This document shows positions 13,989 to 27,256 of a stretch of DNA of 64,000 nt, piece by piece. The DNA comes from Lytechinus pictus. Lineage: Eukaryota. The notes beneath the pieces were generated by a model, which saw nothing but the letters and a program-made list of their open reading frames with translations, made no database searches and was not told where the DNA came from. Within the stretch, counting starts at the first letter, position 1. Each line of letters begins with the position of its first letter. The stretch lies in the NCBI RefSeq assembly GCF_037042905.1, contig NC_087252.1, positions 3,040,001 to 3,104,000 on the forward strand. Direction: 5' to 3'. A program made the translations under genes and the position numbers.

Positions 13989-14330
13989 TCATAAATATGT
14001 GGTGATCACCGAATCAGGACTTTCCAACGCAATTCCTCGCTGGGAAAATGTTGTAGGACCTGAATTACAGGATATGTATCCCCCGTCACGGGAATTTAGT
14101 ATAATATCTAAAGTTGAAGCCCCTTGCCATGCTTGCAGTGATGAATCACGTGCTGGCTGTGTTGGATTTAGAGAAGAAGAGTTACCAGGTGGACTGGTTT
14201 GATGATTGGGTGGAATTCTTGGGAGAGATATTGGCTTCATCTCCATGTATTCGTGAGAATCCTGGATGGGTTGCTTAGGAACTACATCACTTCGGGAAAC
14301 AGCGGGATCTCCAGCAACACCAGGTTTGGA
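13989..14330 (-). CDS. Ig receptor gene A, exon 7 (cytoplasmic tail to stop)
   Basis: Acceptor ctgtAG at 14331-14332; 342 nt, phase 0; SKPGVAGDP...DSHEYMEMKPISLPRIPP...DGGYISC...SVITTYL*; reading frame conserved in the paralogue. Confidence 0.85.
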   Translation of the reverse strand, partial: SKPGVAGDPAVSRSDVVPKQPIQDSHEYMEMKPISLPRIPPNHQTSPPGNSSSLNPTQPARDSSLQAWQGASTLDIILNSRDGGYISCNSGPTTFSQRGIALESPDSVITTYL

Positions 14331-14928
14331 CTACAGTTAGGGAAAATGTATAAAATTGAGTAATACCTTAAATAGTTGACCTGGAATTCAAAATAGAAAT
14401 ATATTATTATACCACAACCAATATGCTCTTGCGACTAATAATAATACAAAAAAAAAACACAATCAAGTAGTTAGCATGGCTGTAGAAAATATAGATAAAC
14501 ATCTAATGGCCCACTTATGTCAAATGAGTTTCGATTTACATCAGTTTAATCGCTGTAGATGCACAATGTATATACAATGTCATTGGGTAATACGATTTTG
14601 AATGTATCTATATAATATATATTCCGTTGTATCAAAACATGGCGTAGGAAATTTAGCATATATATTATAAATGTTTTTTTTCTTCTTCAACAATATCACA
14701 CGGAATGGTATAGTCATTTTTATTTACCATTGTACAATCTGCATATAATTAAATGTGACGAACCTTTTTACGATTTAATTTTACGATTTGGTATAGATGA
14801 TATTCTAGAGTGGATTTTATTTAAGCATACATTCTGTTTTATTTAAAATCTCGGTGAAAAAAATAGAGCTTGATCGTTATGATTTTATCAACAATATTGC
14901 ATGGAGTGGTATTACCAATTCTATTTAC

Positions 14929-15008
14929 CATGGTAAAATCAGCATGAGCGGGTTCTTGGTTCGAGTCCTTCTGGTGTATGATGGTCATTGAAACTCCGTC
15001 CGCATTCC
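14929..15008 (-). CDS. Ig receptor gene A, exon 6 (membrane-proximal cytoplasmic)
   Basis: tatgcAG acceptor, GTAAAT donor; 80 nt, phase 1/0; GNADGVSMTIIHQKDSNQEPAHADFTM; homologous to 53504-53595. Confidence 0.8.
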
Positions 15009-15321
15009 CTGCATATAAATAACAATTTGAAAGTAAAATAATAAATTATTCGTGAGAGTCATTGATAGACAGTCATGAGAACTCATATTTAAGACAAAAA
15101 GATTCTGTATATTCTGAGTTAACTACGTGGATATTTTTTTTAATAAATAAGTAATCAAAATTAGCGGATGATTTGAATGGGAAAAAAGCCTAGTAGGGCC
15201 GCACCAACAAGATCCGAATGGAAAGCTGGTAAACTTTTGATTTGACAAAAATGTGTTTCAACTTTTTTTGTCAAATGTAACACAGATATTCAGCAAGCAT
15301 CTTAACAAGAAAACGACTTAC

Positions 15322-15420
15322 CAATTTTTTTTCTATAACCGATGATACTGCAAACGCTTATAATGAAAAGCACGAAGCTCGAACATCCAACAACAATAAC
15401 AGTGTGCACTGGCTTCCAAT
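15322..15420 (-). CDS. Ig receptor gene A, exon 5 (transmembrane)
   Basis: AG at 15421-15422, GTAAGT donor; 99 nt, phase 1/1; DWKPVHTVIVVGCSSFVLFIISVCSIIGYRKKI is a hydrophobic helix followed by a basic stop-transfer signal. Confidence 0.85.
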
Positions 15421-16093
15421 CTTCAAGTTAATATGAACAAGAAAACAACACCTTAATAAGTCTAGTGGAAAGATGCCTTGTACCAAAAATTATCAATAAA
15501 CATATTTTTGTTTTCTTTGAATTAAATCTGATTCGAGGGTTTAAAGAGAAGGATGATATCAATAAAATGTTTATTTTACGATCGCGTTTCGTTAACACTA
15601 AATTTTTCATAAGATTTTCCTGTGACGATTCCTACATCCCATCGTTTAATAGTCACTTTAATAATTACAAAACTACTATAGCTTTACATGGACATCACCA
15701 CTCTTCCCTAACACCATACAAGCATGCCAGGGTCCCGTCTTAAAAGAAGAGTTACGATTGAGCCAATCAATCGTAACTCTATGGAAATCCATCAGTGTCA
15801 TAATTTGTTCCACAATAAATTTGCACAACGTCCTCTGTGAACACAAAGAAGTAGAGTGAATTTTCAAGAAAACAATGAATACATGAATATACATCATACT
15901 AAGAAAAAATGCTTAACAAAAATCCATAATAGATGTTGACGTTGCTGGCCGTCCATAATTCTGATTGATCGGATTATTACAACTCTTAGTAAGACAGGGG
16001 CTAGGTTTCACAGGTGCGTGTATTTACTGTGTATTAGGATAGCCGAAAGAACTCATCTCCCTCCCCTGCCAAAGGCATTTCATGAACATACAA

Positions 16094-19000
16094 GATTGAT
16101 TGATTGATTCATTTATTTCCACACTTCATAAAAAGAACAATACAGTGTAAAGATGATTATAACATAATACAGTACAATATATTCCAATGCATAAACAAAA
16201 CATACACTACACAAAACAATAAACCAAAATCTGAACAACACTTAAATCAGACAAGAAGAGAACAGTATATGTATATGTGGGGGATCATTTAAAAAGTTAA
16301 AAACTTATAACACAATCCCAATTTTGTCAATAAAAGTTTGAGTTTTGCAGAGAAAGACTAGAAAAAAAAAGAAAAAAAATGTAGTTGAGGTAACTTAGTT
16401 TAGGAAATTAAAGTTTTTGTAGAAGAAACGTTTTAAGTTTATATTTAAATACATGAAAGGATAATGAATTTTTTACATCTTCAGGGAGACTGTTCCAGAA
16501 TACAGGATCATATTGAATGATTGACTTTCGGGATAAGGATAATTTACCACATGAAACACGGTAATCAGATTTTCTTCTAGTATCATAATTGTGAATATCA
16601 GAATTTTTACAAAATAAAGAATCAAAATTTATTGGAAGTAATTTCTTGTAGTATAAATACATAAAGATACCAAGATTATAACTATATAATTCATACACAG
16701 GCAATATTTTAAACTTAAGAAAGAGTGGAGCAGTGTGAGCTCTGAAACAAGAATAAGATATAATTCTGATTACTCTTTTTTGTAAAACTAAAGTTCTATC
16801 TAATACATATTTATTTGAAGACCCCAAACAATAATTCCATGATTGAGTTTTGATAATATTGTAGTGTTATAAAGCATTAAGAGAATATTTTGTGGGACAA
16901 ATTCACGTAATCTATTTAAAACACCTATATTTCTAGAAATGAGGGAGTTTATCTTGTTAACATGACTTTTCCATTTTAAATTATCATCAATGTAAATTCC
17001 AAGAAATTTTACTCTCTCCACCCTTTCTACTTCAATATCATTACTATATAATTTAACAGATTTTTTTATCTACATTGTTTCTACTGATGATCATAAAATT
17101 TGTTTTCTGAATATTCAAAACTAAATTATTAACAGAGAACCATTCCTGTACTTTATTAAGTTCAATATTCATATTTTGATGTAAATAACCTATGTCACTG
17201 TGGCTAAAAAATATATTTGTGTCGTCAGCAAAAAGAACAAATTTTAATAAATTAGAACAGATATGAAGATCATTAACATATATAAGGAAAAGGAGAGGAC
17301 CGAGGATTGAACCCTGCGGTACGCCTATTGATACTTTTTTGAACTCAGAATGACATGAATTATAAAGAACACATTGCTTTCTACTACTTACATAATTGTG
17401 TATTAATTTAAGGGCAATAAAAAGATAATTTACTAAGTAATATGTCATGGTTAATATAATCAAACGCCTTTTTTTAGATCAATGAACACTCCAAACGTTA
17501 TTTCGTTATTCTCATAAGCATTTATAACGTCATTTAAGGAATCTATCAGAGTATGAGATGTACAATGTTTTTCTCTAAATCCAAATTGTTTTTGATAAAG
17601 TATCTGATTATTATTAAAATATGTAATTAGCCTAGTACAAATACATTTCTCCTGCATTTTGGAGAAACATGATAATAAGGAAATAGGTCTATAATTTGAG
17701 AAAACATTTTTTGGACCAGATTTATACACAAGAATAACTTGTGATATTTTACAACTATCAGGAAATATACCTTCTTGAATACATAAATTGAAAGTAAAGC
17801 ATAATGGTTTACATAAAATATGAATAGTCCTTTTTACAACAACATTTTCAACACCATCAATTCCTGGGGCTTTTCCATTCTGTAAGCAATTGGCGATGTT
17901 AATAATTTCCTTGTCAGTAATAGGTTTGAGAAATAAAGAACAAGGCAGGGTGTTTTCAGGTAAGAAATATAATCAATATGACCTCTTGCAATGTTGTTTG
18001 TGATAGTATGTCCAATATTGGTGAAGTATTCGTTTAATGCATGTGCAATGTCATTTTCATTTCTGATTTCTATTTCATTATTTATAAAAACTAAATTATT
18101 ATCAGAAGTTTCAGGTTTCTGTTCATTTAATAAACCATTTATAACTTTCCATGTTTTGCTAAGATTGTTTTTTACTTTACTAAATTTAGAATAATAAAAT
18201 TATTGCTTAGATTTTCTAACAAGACTCACATATTTATTCTTAAAAGATTCATATTTTGCCTTTTTATTATCCGTAGGTTTCTTTATGAAGTTTGCAAACA
18301 ACCTGTTCTTGTTTCTATACATACGTTTGAGTGTAATATCAAACCAATCATTCTTTTGCTTTCGGCTTACTATTTCTTTTAATGGGAAACTAAGTTCATA
18401 TATTTCAAGAATAATTTTCATGAATTCATCATATAGCAAGCTAGGGTCAGCAATATCGTGACTGTCATAAATACATGAAAAGTCAACCTCTGATATTCTT
18501 TGTAAGACCCTAAGGATGCCATCTTCAGTAATTTGCCGTTTATAAAACTTTTTACTCGACTTCGTTGGCAACGAATAATCAAAAATAGAAAATATTGGAT
18601 AATGATCAGAAACATCACAGATAACAGAACCATAATAGAGGTTACATGAGTTATTAACAAAAATATTATCAATTAAAGTTGATGAAGTTTGAGTAATCCT
18701 GGTGGGTAGACTAATTAGTGGGGAAAATGAAAATGATGACATAATTTCAAGAAATTCATTAATATAATTCAATTGATCCATCTTTTTTATATCAATATTG
18801 TAATCACCCAAAAATATACAATGTTTCTGCTCACCATTAACCTTTTCAACAATATTGGTAAGAACGTTAATAAATTCATTGATTGATTTTTCAGGGGGTC
18901 TATAAAATACTCCAATTATGAGGTTTCTACCCAGGTTAGGAATTTCAATAAAGCAACTTTCACATGTATCACAAAAAATATTAAGATCACATCTGTTTAC

Positions 19001-19309
19001 AAACTCAATACTATTTTTGATACCAAAACCAACACTACCGCCATGTCTTTTATGACGGCCTAATCCGACATATCTATAATCTTTAAAAATATGTTCTGGT
19101 GCAGTGTTCTCTTTTATCCAGGTTTCAGAAAAAGCAATTACATCAAATGGATGATGTAATGAATACAATAAAGTGTCTATTTCAGAATAATTTCTATTCA
19201 AGCTTCTACAGTTAAGGTGCATAATAGAAAATTTAATTTGAGAAAACATAGCAAGCTCAGTCCTGAGCTGCTCAGGGGTTAATTGACACTCACACTCACT
19301 TGTCATCAT
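16094..19309 (-). mobile_element. Decayed CR1/L2-group LINE (Crack/Daphne-like), ORF2 with APE endonuclease and RT, frameshifted
   Basis: APE motifs HLNCRSL, FSETW, YRPP, GDYNID, SDHYPIF (18200-19309); RT motifs NYRPISLL, GVPQGSILGP, LFADDT spread over several frames; 3' end AATAAA followed by an (AATC)n tail near 16094-16118. Confidence 0.92.
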
Positions 19310-19732
19310 TTCCCTTAGAATATTACCTCAGGAGAAGAGAAAAAAAGAGGAAGTCAAGAAAGTAAAAATACATGCAAGTAATTAAATCAAAATATGATGT
19401 ATATATATATATATACATATGTACAAACATAAAAATTGCAAAAGCAATGAAATTTCAAAATTAGAAGCACTAATTTCGAATAGTCCAGGAACCACAATTA
19501 CATTGAATTAGACCAGATCATAGTATAATTACGCCCAATAGGCTTTGGTTGGTAAGTATGGTTTTGGTATTAATAATGATGTCCAATTATGATACAGATA
19601 ATCTACAAATTTTTCGGACAATCATACCAATGTGAGTTTCGAAAATGAAAAACAAAACTAAAATCCAATATTACATGTTTATTATCTTCAATTACTTGCT
19701 AAATTTAAAAATTGATGAATACAATTATATAC

Positions 19733-19813
19733 CTTCCGACTGTCCACATTTAGCAGTGCTTGAATTACTATACAGAAGGCTTGTCACAGGACTGTTTCCG
19801 ACAGTTGTGGATT
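19733..19813 (-). CDS. Ig receptor gene A, exon 4 (Ser/Thr-rich stalk)
   Basis: ctatttAG acceptor, GTATAT donor; 81 nt, phase 1/1; ESTTVGNSPVTSLLYSNSSTAKCGQSE; same length as the short form of the gene B stalk exon. Confidence 0.7.
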
Positions 19814-20398
19814 CTAAATAGATAACATAAAACACGTGTTAAAATGAAATTACATTCAACACCAGACGAAAATGTAAGGTGTAGATGAGATGAACGAATG
19901 ATTATAATACTGAAAACATAAAAAATAAATGTGCGATATAATGAAAACTTCCACCATAATATTGAAAATATAAATGAATTAATTGTTCTATATGCCCTAT
20001 TGCGCATTCGTAGATGTTTACTGAATAAAAAAATGAATTTTTCGTAACAGTTTTCTCTTTGCTCTGTGTAATATTGAACTATAAACAACAATATATTCTT
20101 TATACTGCTTTTAACTGTACACTTATCGGAGTGAATATAAAAAAAATGATTGTGTGAACTATCAGTCTAAAATAACCCTTGTCCGTGTTTCCTTTTGGAT
20201 CTCCACTAACAAATCTTTAGTCGATCTAATAGAATACAAAACAAATTTAATTCCCACTCCTAACTGCACCATGCCATGCATCAACTCGTTTAAATTATAT
20301 ACTAATTTGTATGACGGTAATTTGTTATGACATTGTTTTTAATAGTTATTTTTTAATGTTACAAGAAGATAATGTGTACACGAACACACCAAGCTCAC

Positions 20399-20761
20399 CT
20401 TCCTTTTTTATGATGACGGATGCGATGATTTGGTCGGAATTTTTGACAATACAAACGAGCTCTATTTCACCATCATCGTCATCCATATAAGTTGATGAGA
20501 AGTCAATTGTTAGTGTTGGCAAAGTAAGTCTAGTATCCTTTGAGTCATTAATAAGCTTTAGAGGTCGAACGCTATACCATAACATGTCCATGCCCTTTAA
20601 AACCGTCCATTCCAGGTCCACAGATGGCTTCACCAACGTACTGGTCTTACAGACAAGCGTCTTGTTTTCCCCTTCTTCAACAACGATTGATCCTCCTTTC
20701 GGAATTATTTTATCATCTCGGTCGTAGGCACCTTCAACCAACGTCAAGCCTTTTGCTGGAA
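20399..20761 (-). CDS. Ig receptor gene A, exon 3 (C2-type Ig domain)
   Basis: tactAG acceptor, GTGAGC donor; 363 nt, phase 1/1; VPAKGL...EGENKTLVCKT...KPSVDLEW...ELVCIV has the canonical C, W and C of a C2-set domain. Confidence 0.9.
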
Positions 20762-20951
20762 CTAGTAAATAGGAGTAAGGACAACACATAAGTTTGTATC
20801 ATAAAATAAATAACTTGATAACAAATATGTTTATATTATTGACAATCATATCTTTGGGAAAATCAAAATCTACTCCAAACATTTAAGCAAGTGAATTCTT
20901 TTATGGAAATGCCTTTGGAATAGTGGCCTCAACTTCAAATACATATTTTTC

Positions 20952-23891
20952 CGTATTAGGACAACTACCCCCTGGACAATCACCCCCGGGCAACTACCCT
21001 CCCGGACAATTACCCCCGAGGACAATTACCCCCCGGACAATTACCCCCTGAGGACAACTACCCCCCGGACAACTACCCCCGGACAACTACCCCCCCGGAC
21101 AACTACCCCCCGGACAATTACCCCCCGGAAAACTACCCCCGGATAATTACCCCCCCCCCACTCAATTACCCCCTGGACAATTACCCCCGAGGACAATTAT
21201 TTATTCTCGAGTATCTTGGAATCAAACGGTCACCGCTGTAAGAAGCCGTAAATAGTCAGCTTCATCTGCAAATCTTTACGAAATCCAGAACTCGTACGAA
21301 CGCATCATCCGTACGATCATTATTGTTATGTCACATTCCTTTTGGCAATCTTCGTATGACCAGCACAATTTATATTTCTTAGCTCGCCATGTGGGCCGCC
21401 GGAAGATGTGATTGAAGCTTTTACATTCCAATGTAAATATCGCGCGGCTCAATAACCGCTTCTTCCCGTGCGTTCAGGCGTGCTAAAATAGAGGGGGAAA
21501 CTAAGAACACGAGATTTGAATGAAATTGTAGAACTATATTAAAAAGGTATAAAGTGATATTTTGGATTTTGTATTTGTAGTTGTTATTGTTTTTTTAAAT
21601 GCTGAATAAAGAATAATCCAGCTTATAACATCCTTCTGGGGTTTGAACTTCTTTTGTAACAATAATCGACACGGCGCAAATCCTACATAACAGTTTGCCT
21701 TATTATTAGGTTTTGGTTTAACTGTTTTGTGTTTGAACAGAGGTATTATCATAATTATCTGGCGCGCGCGAAATATCTGTAGTGTTGATTTATTTTATGA
21801 GAATGCTCTACTTAATCAATGGCAAAATTAAAAGGGAATTTTGGAGATTTTTCTATGCAAACCATACGACCCGCCATTGATTTGGTACATGAGTCCGTCA
21901 CTATTTGCAAGGATGGAGTGGGTACAGACCATTGGCGGAGCCACAAAATTAAAAGAAAAGGGAAAGAAAGAGAAAAAAAGAAAAAAAGAAGGGGAAAGAA
22001 CGGAGGAAAAAAGAAAAAGAAAATAGGAGGGTGACGAGTGAATAAAATAAGATAAGGGGAATAGCCTGTTCGATGAGATACATAGCTTGCTCAATATGCT
22101 GATATGTAGCTTAAAATAAGTATTGAAGTCAATATACAAAACATATTTCATCTCGGAAATCGAACTTTCATTATTTTGTGTAATTTACAAATTCATTTTT
22201 AAAAGGTGCTCTGTAACAAATGTCAGTTTCATGGTCTGAATATTTTTTTTTGCTCGCGATGAGCGCTCGCAAATTTTGATTTATCAGGTACCTTTTATTT
22301 TCGTGTATTCCATAAAATTGTCAAAATATCCCTTTTCAGGTCTGATTGTAAAAACGTATCAGCTAGCGCTGCACACTCGCATTTTGATTGGCGAGTTATA
22401 TAATGTCTCAATATTAATTATACAACAAACTATACTTAAAATCCCCTTTTCATGACAGTGTATAAAAAAAATTATGCTCGCAATTTGCGCTCGCTTTAAT
22501 GGTTTAAATATATTAACTGATGCGTCCTATTTATAATTACAAGAGTGCTTGAAATGTCCAGTTTTCAGGCCATAATATCATCAGATTTCGCGCCCTCATT
22601 AGGCATAGATATTAATTTAAGAATTAAATTGCCCTTTTTTTCATCTTGCGCTTAGCAAGAGGAATAGGAAGACAGTCATTGACATGTCCTAAGGATGTCC
22701 CATTCCTATGTCAAAACTCTTTTTTTCAGATCGGAATATCTCGCGCTCGCTTTGCGCTCACTTTGGTTTTCATGATAAAAGATTATTTAGAATGCCTAGA
22801 TTATAGGTTTAAATATGAAACACGCGCGCGTATGTTTATACAGATACTCAACTTGTTCTCTTAACCACCAAGCTATTCTGGTTCACGGCTGTCACGATGA
22901 ACTAGAATTTAAATACCCTCAATCCTCTTCTGTTATGGTTTTCATTAAAGATCGAGCATGCGATCTTAAACACATAGGAGTAATGCCGAAAATGTATTTA
23001 CAAATTATGATTTCCTCCTATTAAAGCATCTTTATTTACTGTATAGTTATATAGCTATCCTGTTCACGATTACAAAAATTGATTAAATTTTTCAATTCTT
23101 TTCGGCTCGCGCTTCACGCTCGCATTATTTGATTGTTGAAAAATGTAAAGTCTTCATGGCTAAGTGCAAGCAGTCATTTCATGAATGTTCAATTGTTGTA
23201 TGAAAACTTTAAAATAAAAGGTAGTATGAGGGACGCTTTACATATTATCTGATGCATATGTGCTTAACCAAAATGGGAGGTTTAGAGGCGCAAGCTCTGA
23301 AGTAAAAAAAAATGAGAGAGAAAGAGAGAGAGAGAAAGGGAGAAAGGGAAATATCAAAGAGAAAAGAAAAAAAAAAGTTATTAAGATAATTGAAGTAGAA
23401 AATATTTTGAAAACCTGTGTCACCGGCCAAGACTTACAATGGATCCCGCTTGATTTTAACATCGATGCCGGAGAGGAGGGGGAGGGGTAATTGTACTATG
23501 GGGTAATTTTCCTGGGTGTAGTTGTCCAGGGGGTAGTTGTCCGGGGGAATTGTCCGGGGGGTAGTTGTCCGGGGGGTTATTGTCCGGGGGTAGTTGTCCA
23601 GGGGGTAGTTGTCCGGGGGGGTAGTTGTCCGGGGGGGTAGTTGTCCGGGGGTAGTTGTCCGGGGGTAGTTGTCCGGGGGGTAGTTGTCCGGGGGTAATTG
23701 TCCGGGGGGTAATTGTCCGGGGGTAGTTGTCCGGGGGGTAGTTGTCCCGGGGTAATTGTCCTCGGGGTAATTGTCCTCGGGGGGTAGTTGTCCTCAGGGG
23801 GTAATTGTCCGGGGGGTAATTGTCCTCGGGGGGTAATTGTCCGGGGTAGTTGTCCGGGGGTGATTGTCCAGGGGGTAGTTGTCCTAGAACC
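20952..23891. mobile_element. Non-autonomous Mutator-like (MULE/Phantom-type) element with minisatellite TIRs and 9-bp TSD
   Basis: GGACAAYTACCCCC arrays at 20958-21198 and inverted at 23483-23886; ATATTTTTC at 20943-20951 and 23892-23900; interior contains other repeat fragments. Confidence 0.85.
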
Positions 23892-24242
23892 ATATTTTTC
23901 CATTCAGTGATGTTTAATCGGGTAGATATGACCAAAATTATGTACGGATTTTTTTTTAATTTGCAGTATATGGTGTCTACTTCAAGAATCCGATGGGTGC
24001 CACCTGGCCATCCTTCTTTGGCAATAGTTGACGTCATAGGCTACGCCCACTTTTTCACATTACCTCATATTTTACGGGATAAACAAGTCATGTTTAGTAT
24101 CAAATTTAAGCAAATTAAAATCAAATGCAAATATAGGTCAGCTAAAGGTCATTTAAGGTCATAGGTCATATTGCATTACAAATGTAAGTAATACAAGCAA
24201 GTTATTTATTATATGCACTATTTTACTAAAAGTTAAGTTGAG

Positions 24243-25686
24243 GGTCAATCCGAAGGTTCATTAGTCCGAAAACGAAATCAAGTTCGTTCTTCCAAAGGCA
24301 CGTTAATCCAAAGACGCAAAAACGAAATAAGGTTCGTTATTCCAAAGGTTCGTTAATCCGAAAATGAAATGAGGTTCGTATCGTAATTCCAAATCTGAAG
24401 TTTTAAAAATCATTTTTGTTTAATTTTGGGCTTATTATGTCATACTGTTTAACAGGGCATCCCACGCGAGATGATGCGAGCGCTAATCGCAAGCTCAAAC
24501 TTTTGGACATTTTAATAAGAAATGAATATTAAACATTCCGAGCAGTTCTCGTAAAAAATGATAAAGGTATGCGCATCTAAATAAAGAATTAACGCGAGTG
24601 CGAAGCGCCAGCTAAAAATTTATGATATTCCAGCCTGAAAACTGGACTCTCTTAGCATTTTTATAACTAGAAAAAAGGGTGAGTGCCGTACTTACCGCCC
24701 TTTTACACGGTAAAATAAAACTTGTAATTTGCACGATGATTCCAGTGGAAAATACGGCTAATGACAATTATTTAGCACGTGTGCTACCAAGCTAGAACAT
24801 GATTAGAATCACGAACGCTAATCACAGTCAAGATAACAATAGCAATCATTATTGCAATGATGATCAAGATTCACGTGTTAAAAGGCCCTTCATAATAACT
24901 AACCGCCCTTTTACACGGTGCAAAATCGTAATGTGATTGATGATTCCAGTGAAAAATAATTATAATGACGAATTTAAGCACGTGTGAAACCAAACTAGAA
25001 TCACGAACGCTAATCACAATCACGAATTCAAATCCTACTCCGGAGGTGAATTCCAGTTAAGTGTCACTCAAATTACGGTACGAATTTTACGTCTGATAGG
25101 GTTGACCTCCAAAACATATTTTGAGGGGCGGAGCATACGTGACCATTCACGCACTCACAGTACTGTAGTTTCTGTTTTGCGATGCAGTGCTTTGATTGGG
25201 TTTGATTGACAAGTCACCAAGGACACAATACCGCCTTCTCTCAGGAATTAGAATTCAAATCACAGTTTTCAAATGAACGTGTGAATGGTACAATGATTCT
25301 AAAGACGAATTGTAATCATCATCACAATAATGATTCGGAATCCTTGTGTGAAAAGGCCCGAACGCAAAGCGCTAGCAAAAAAAAAGAAATTGTGATTTTC
25401 TAACCTGAGATGTATTATGTTGTACTTCAAAAATAGTATTAACATTGAAAAAGTGCACATTTCATAAAAAAAAAAGCATTTGCCCTTTTTGAAAAAGTGC
25501 ATTTTTCCTACGGGGATTTTTATTTCTTCATAACCAGCAGAAGATGTTAAAAATTACGCATCTTCCCCTATAAATCCCTTATTTGGAGGTTATTTCGTTT
25601 TCGGATTAACGAACCTTCGGAATGACGAACTTTCGGAATATTCGAAACTTCAGAATAACGAACCTTCGGAACAACGAATGTAACCC
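24243..25686. mobile_element. Degenerate TIR element with tandem TTCCGAAGGTTCGTTA-type subterminal repeats
   Basis: Repeats at 24248-24390 and inverted AACGAACCTTCGGAAT repeats at 25590-25686 ending TGTAACCC; left end looks truncated; no TSD found. Confidence 0.6.
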
Positions 25687-26204
25687 AAAATGTTTTATTT
25701 GTATAGATTATTTGAAATCACATGCATTGTTTGATACCCAAAAATGTATGTTACACGTTTTGCTTATTTGTGATTATAATTTCTACATTTGATTTTGGAT
25801 TTGCTTTAATTTGATATCAACCATGATATGTTTACTCCACTCAATAGAAAAGTAATACTTTAGAGAAATATAAGAAAGTTGTAGTTAAAACAAATTATGA
25901 TAAAATTTGTTGCATTTTGAAATTGTTAGGTATCACAATTATCTGCGATGAGAGTAGTAAGACACAGAAGCCAAATGCTATTATTTTTTATCAAATTATA
26001 ATTTAATATTAATTTCTGAAACAAATGGAACGCAAAGGGAATTATAGAAAAAATTTAACTTATGTGTTCCTCGGCAATAAACGTTTGTCTTGTCATGCTT
26101 CTCACTTTCCACCCTTTCACACGGTAAGCTTCGGAAAATAATTCCCGGTATACTTAAAGCCTGGTATATTTGTATATTAGTTTGATTACAGTAGATTATT
26201 TTAC

Positions 26205-26310
26205 CATTGACAGTCAAAATGGTTTTACATTCCGCAATATCCTGATGATAAATCATACTTAGATCATATTCGGATTCATCCGTAATAAAACATTAAATTA
26301 TGATTTGATA
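26205..26310 (-). pseudogene. Truncated relic of a second V-like Ig exon in gene A
   Basis: DESEYDLSMIYHQDIAECKTILTVNG followed by GTAAAA parallels the 3' end and donor of the exon at 26437-26718; the 5' part is missing or frameshifted. Confidence 0.75.
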
Positions 26311-26436
26311 AAAAAATATAAGCATTTTGCTTCTGTGTCTTACTACTCTGACCGCAATTAATTATGATACTTAACAATTCCAAAACGCAACACATTTTAT
26401 CATAATTTGTTTTGATTACAACAGAGAGTGTTTTAC

Positions 26437-26718
26437 CATTAACAGTCAAGTTGATTTTGCAGCCAACATCTTTGTCAGGATAACGCACAATGAGATTGTA
26501 TTCAGCTTCATCCGCCAACGAAACATTCCATATTGTTAAATTAGTATAGATCATGAAAGCATCTCCGTCACATGGGGTGCATTTTACAATGTAATTGAAT
26601 AATATTTTCGAGTCACTCCGTCTTAAGGTTATATGCAGTCCATTTATTAGGTCGATTTTGATGCACTGTAGATTGATGTCATCCCCAGCACTTACGGTTC
26701 TATGTTCATGTTTTACAC
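26437..26718 (-). CDS. Ig receptor gene A, exon 2 (atypical V-like Ig domain)
   Basis: ttttattcaAG acceptor, GTAAAA donor; 282 nt, phase 1/1; AGDDINLQC...NLTIWNVSLADEAEY...CKINLTVN. Confidence 0.88.
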
Positions 26719-27256
26719 CTTGAATAAAAAAGCATTTCATTTTTTCGTATTATTAGTAAATTGTATTAACCTCCATTGATATATTGATCACTAATATTAG
26801 TTACCCGTATGGAGTATGTAGCTGTATGATATATACTTCATCATCTTCACATACTGTTTATTCCTATATTACAACCAATCATATATGATCGAATAATAAA
26901 TATACACTGTAAGATATAGGGCTATTTCAGATAGTAATGGATAGACTACATTTAAATGTACTTTACATATTGTCTTAATTTTGGAGATTTATATAAATAA
27001 TCTTCCCTATAGTGACAGTATGAATAAGATGGGTACAATTTAATCATGTTATATAGATAAACGGTATCCACTGCTCATGATTACTTTTATTTGTTAATGT
27101 ATACAATGTTTGCCAATATAGATAATAATATGTTTCTATTATGGTTTCAAGAAGTCCTGTGTATTTTTTTCATGAAGATTGAATTGGCATCTAATCAAAA
27201 GTAGTCAAAATTCACATTATTTATTAAACGTGTATTTATCAAGACTATCTTAAAGC

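Larger units (their letters stand above)
4070..15008. repeat. Segmental duplication, copy A (paired with about 43590-53575)
   Basis: Colinear matches: 4070-6285 with 43590-46005; 6285-6751 with 50112-50613; 11927-15008 with 50609-53575. Many long exact runs are visible. Confidence 0.92.

Noticed and set aside
13989..15008. ITAM or ITIM in the receptor tails
   Set aside because: Tyrosines do not fit YxxL/I-x6-8-YxxL/I or (I/V/L/S)xYxx(L/V); only YxxM, YxN (gene B) and a PDZ-type end are supported.
23456..24037. Proline-rich ORFs (PPGQLPPDNY repeats)
   Set aside because: Translation of the minisatellite arm of a transposon; open in several frames; no splice support.
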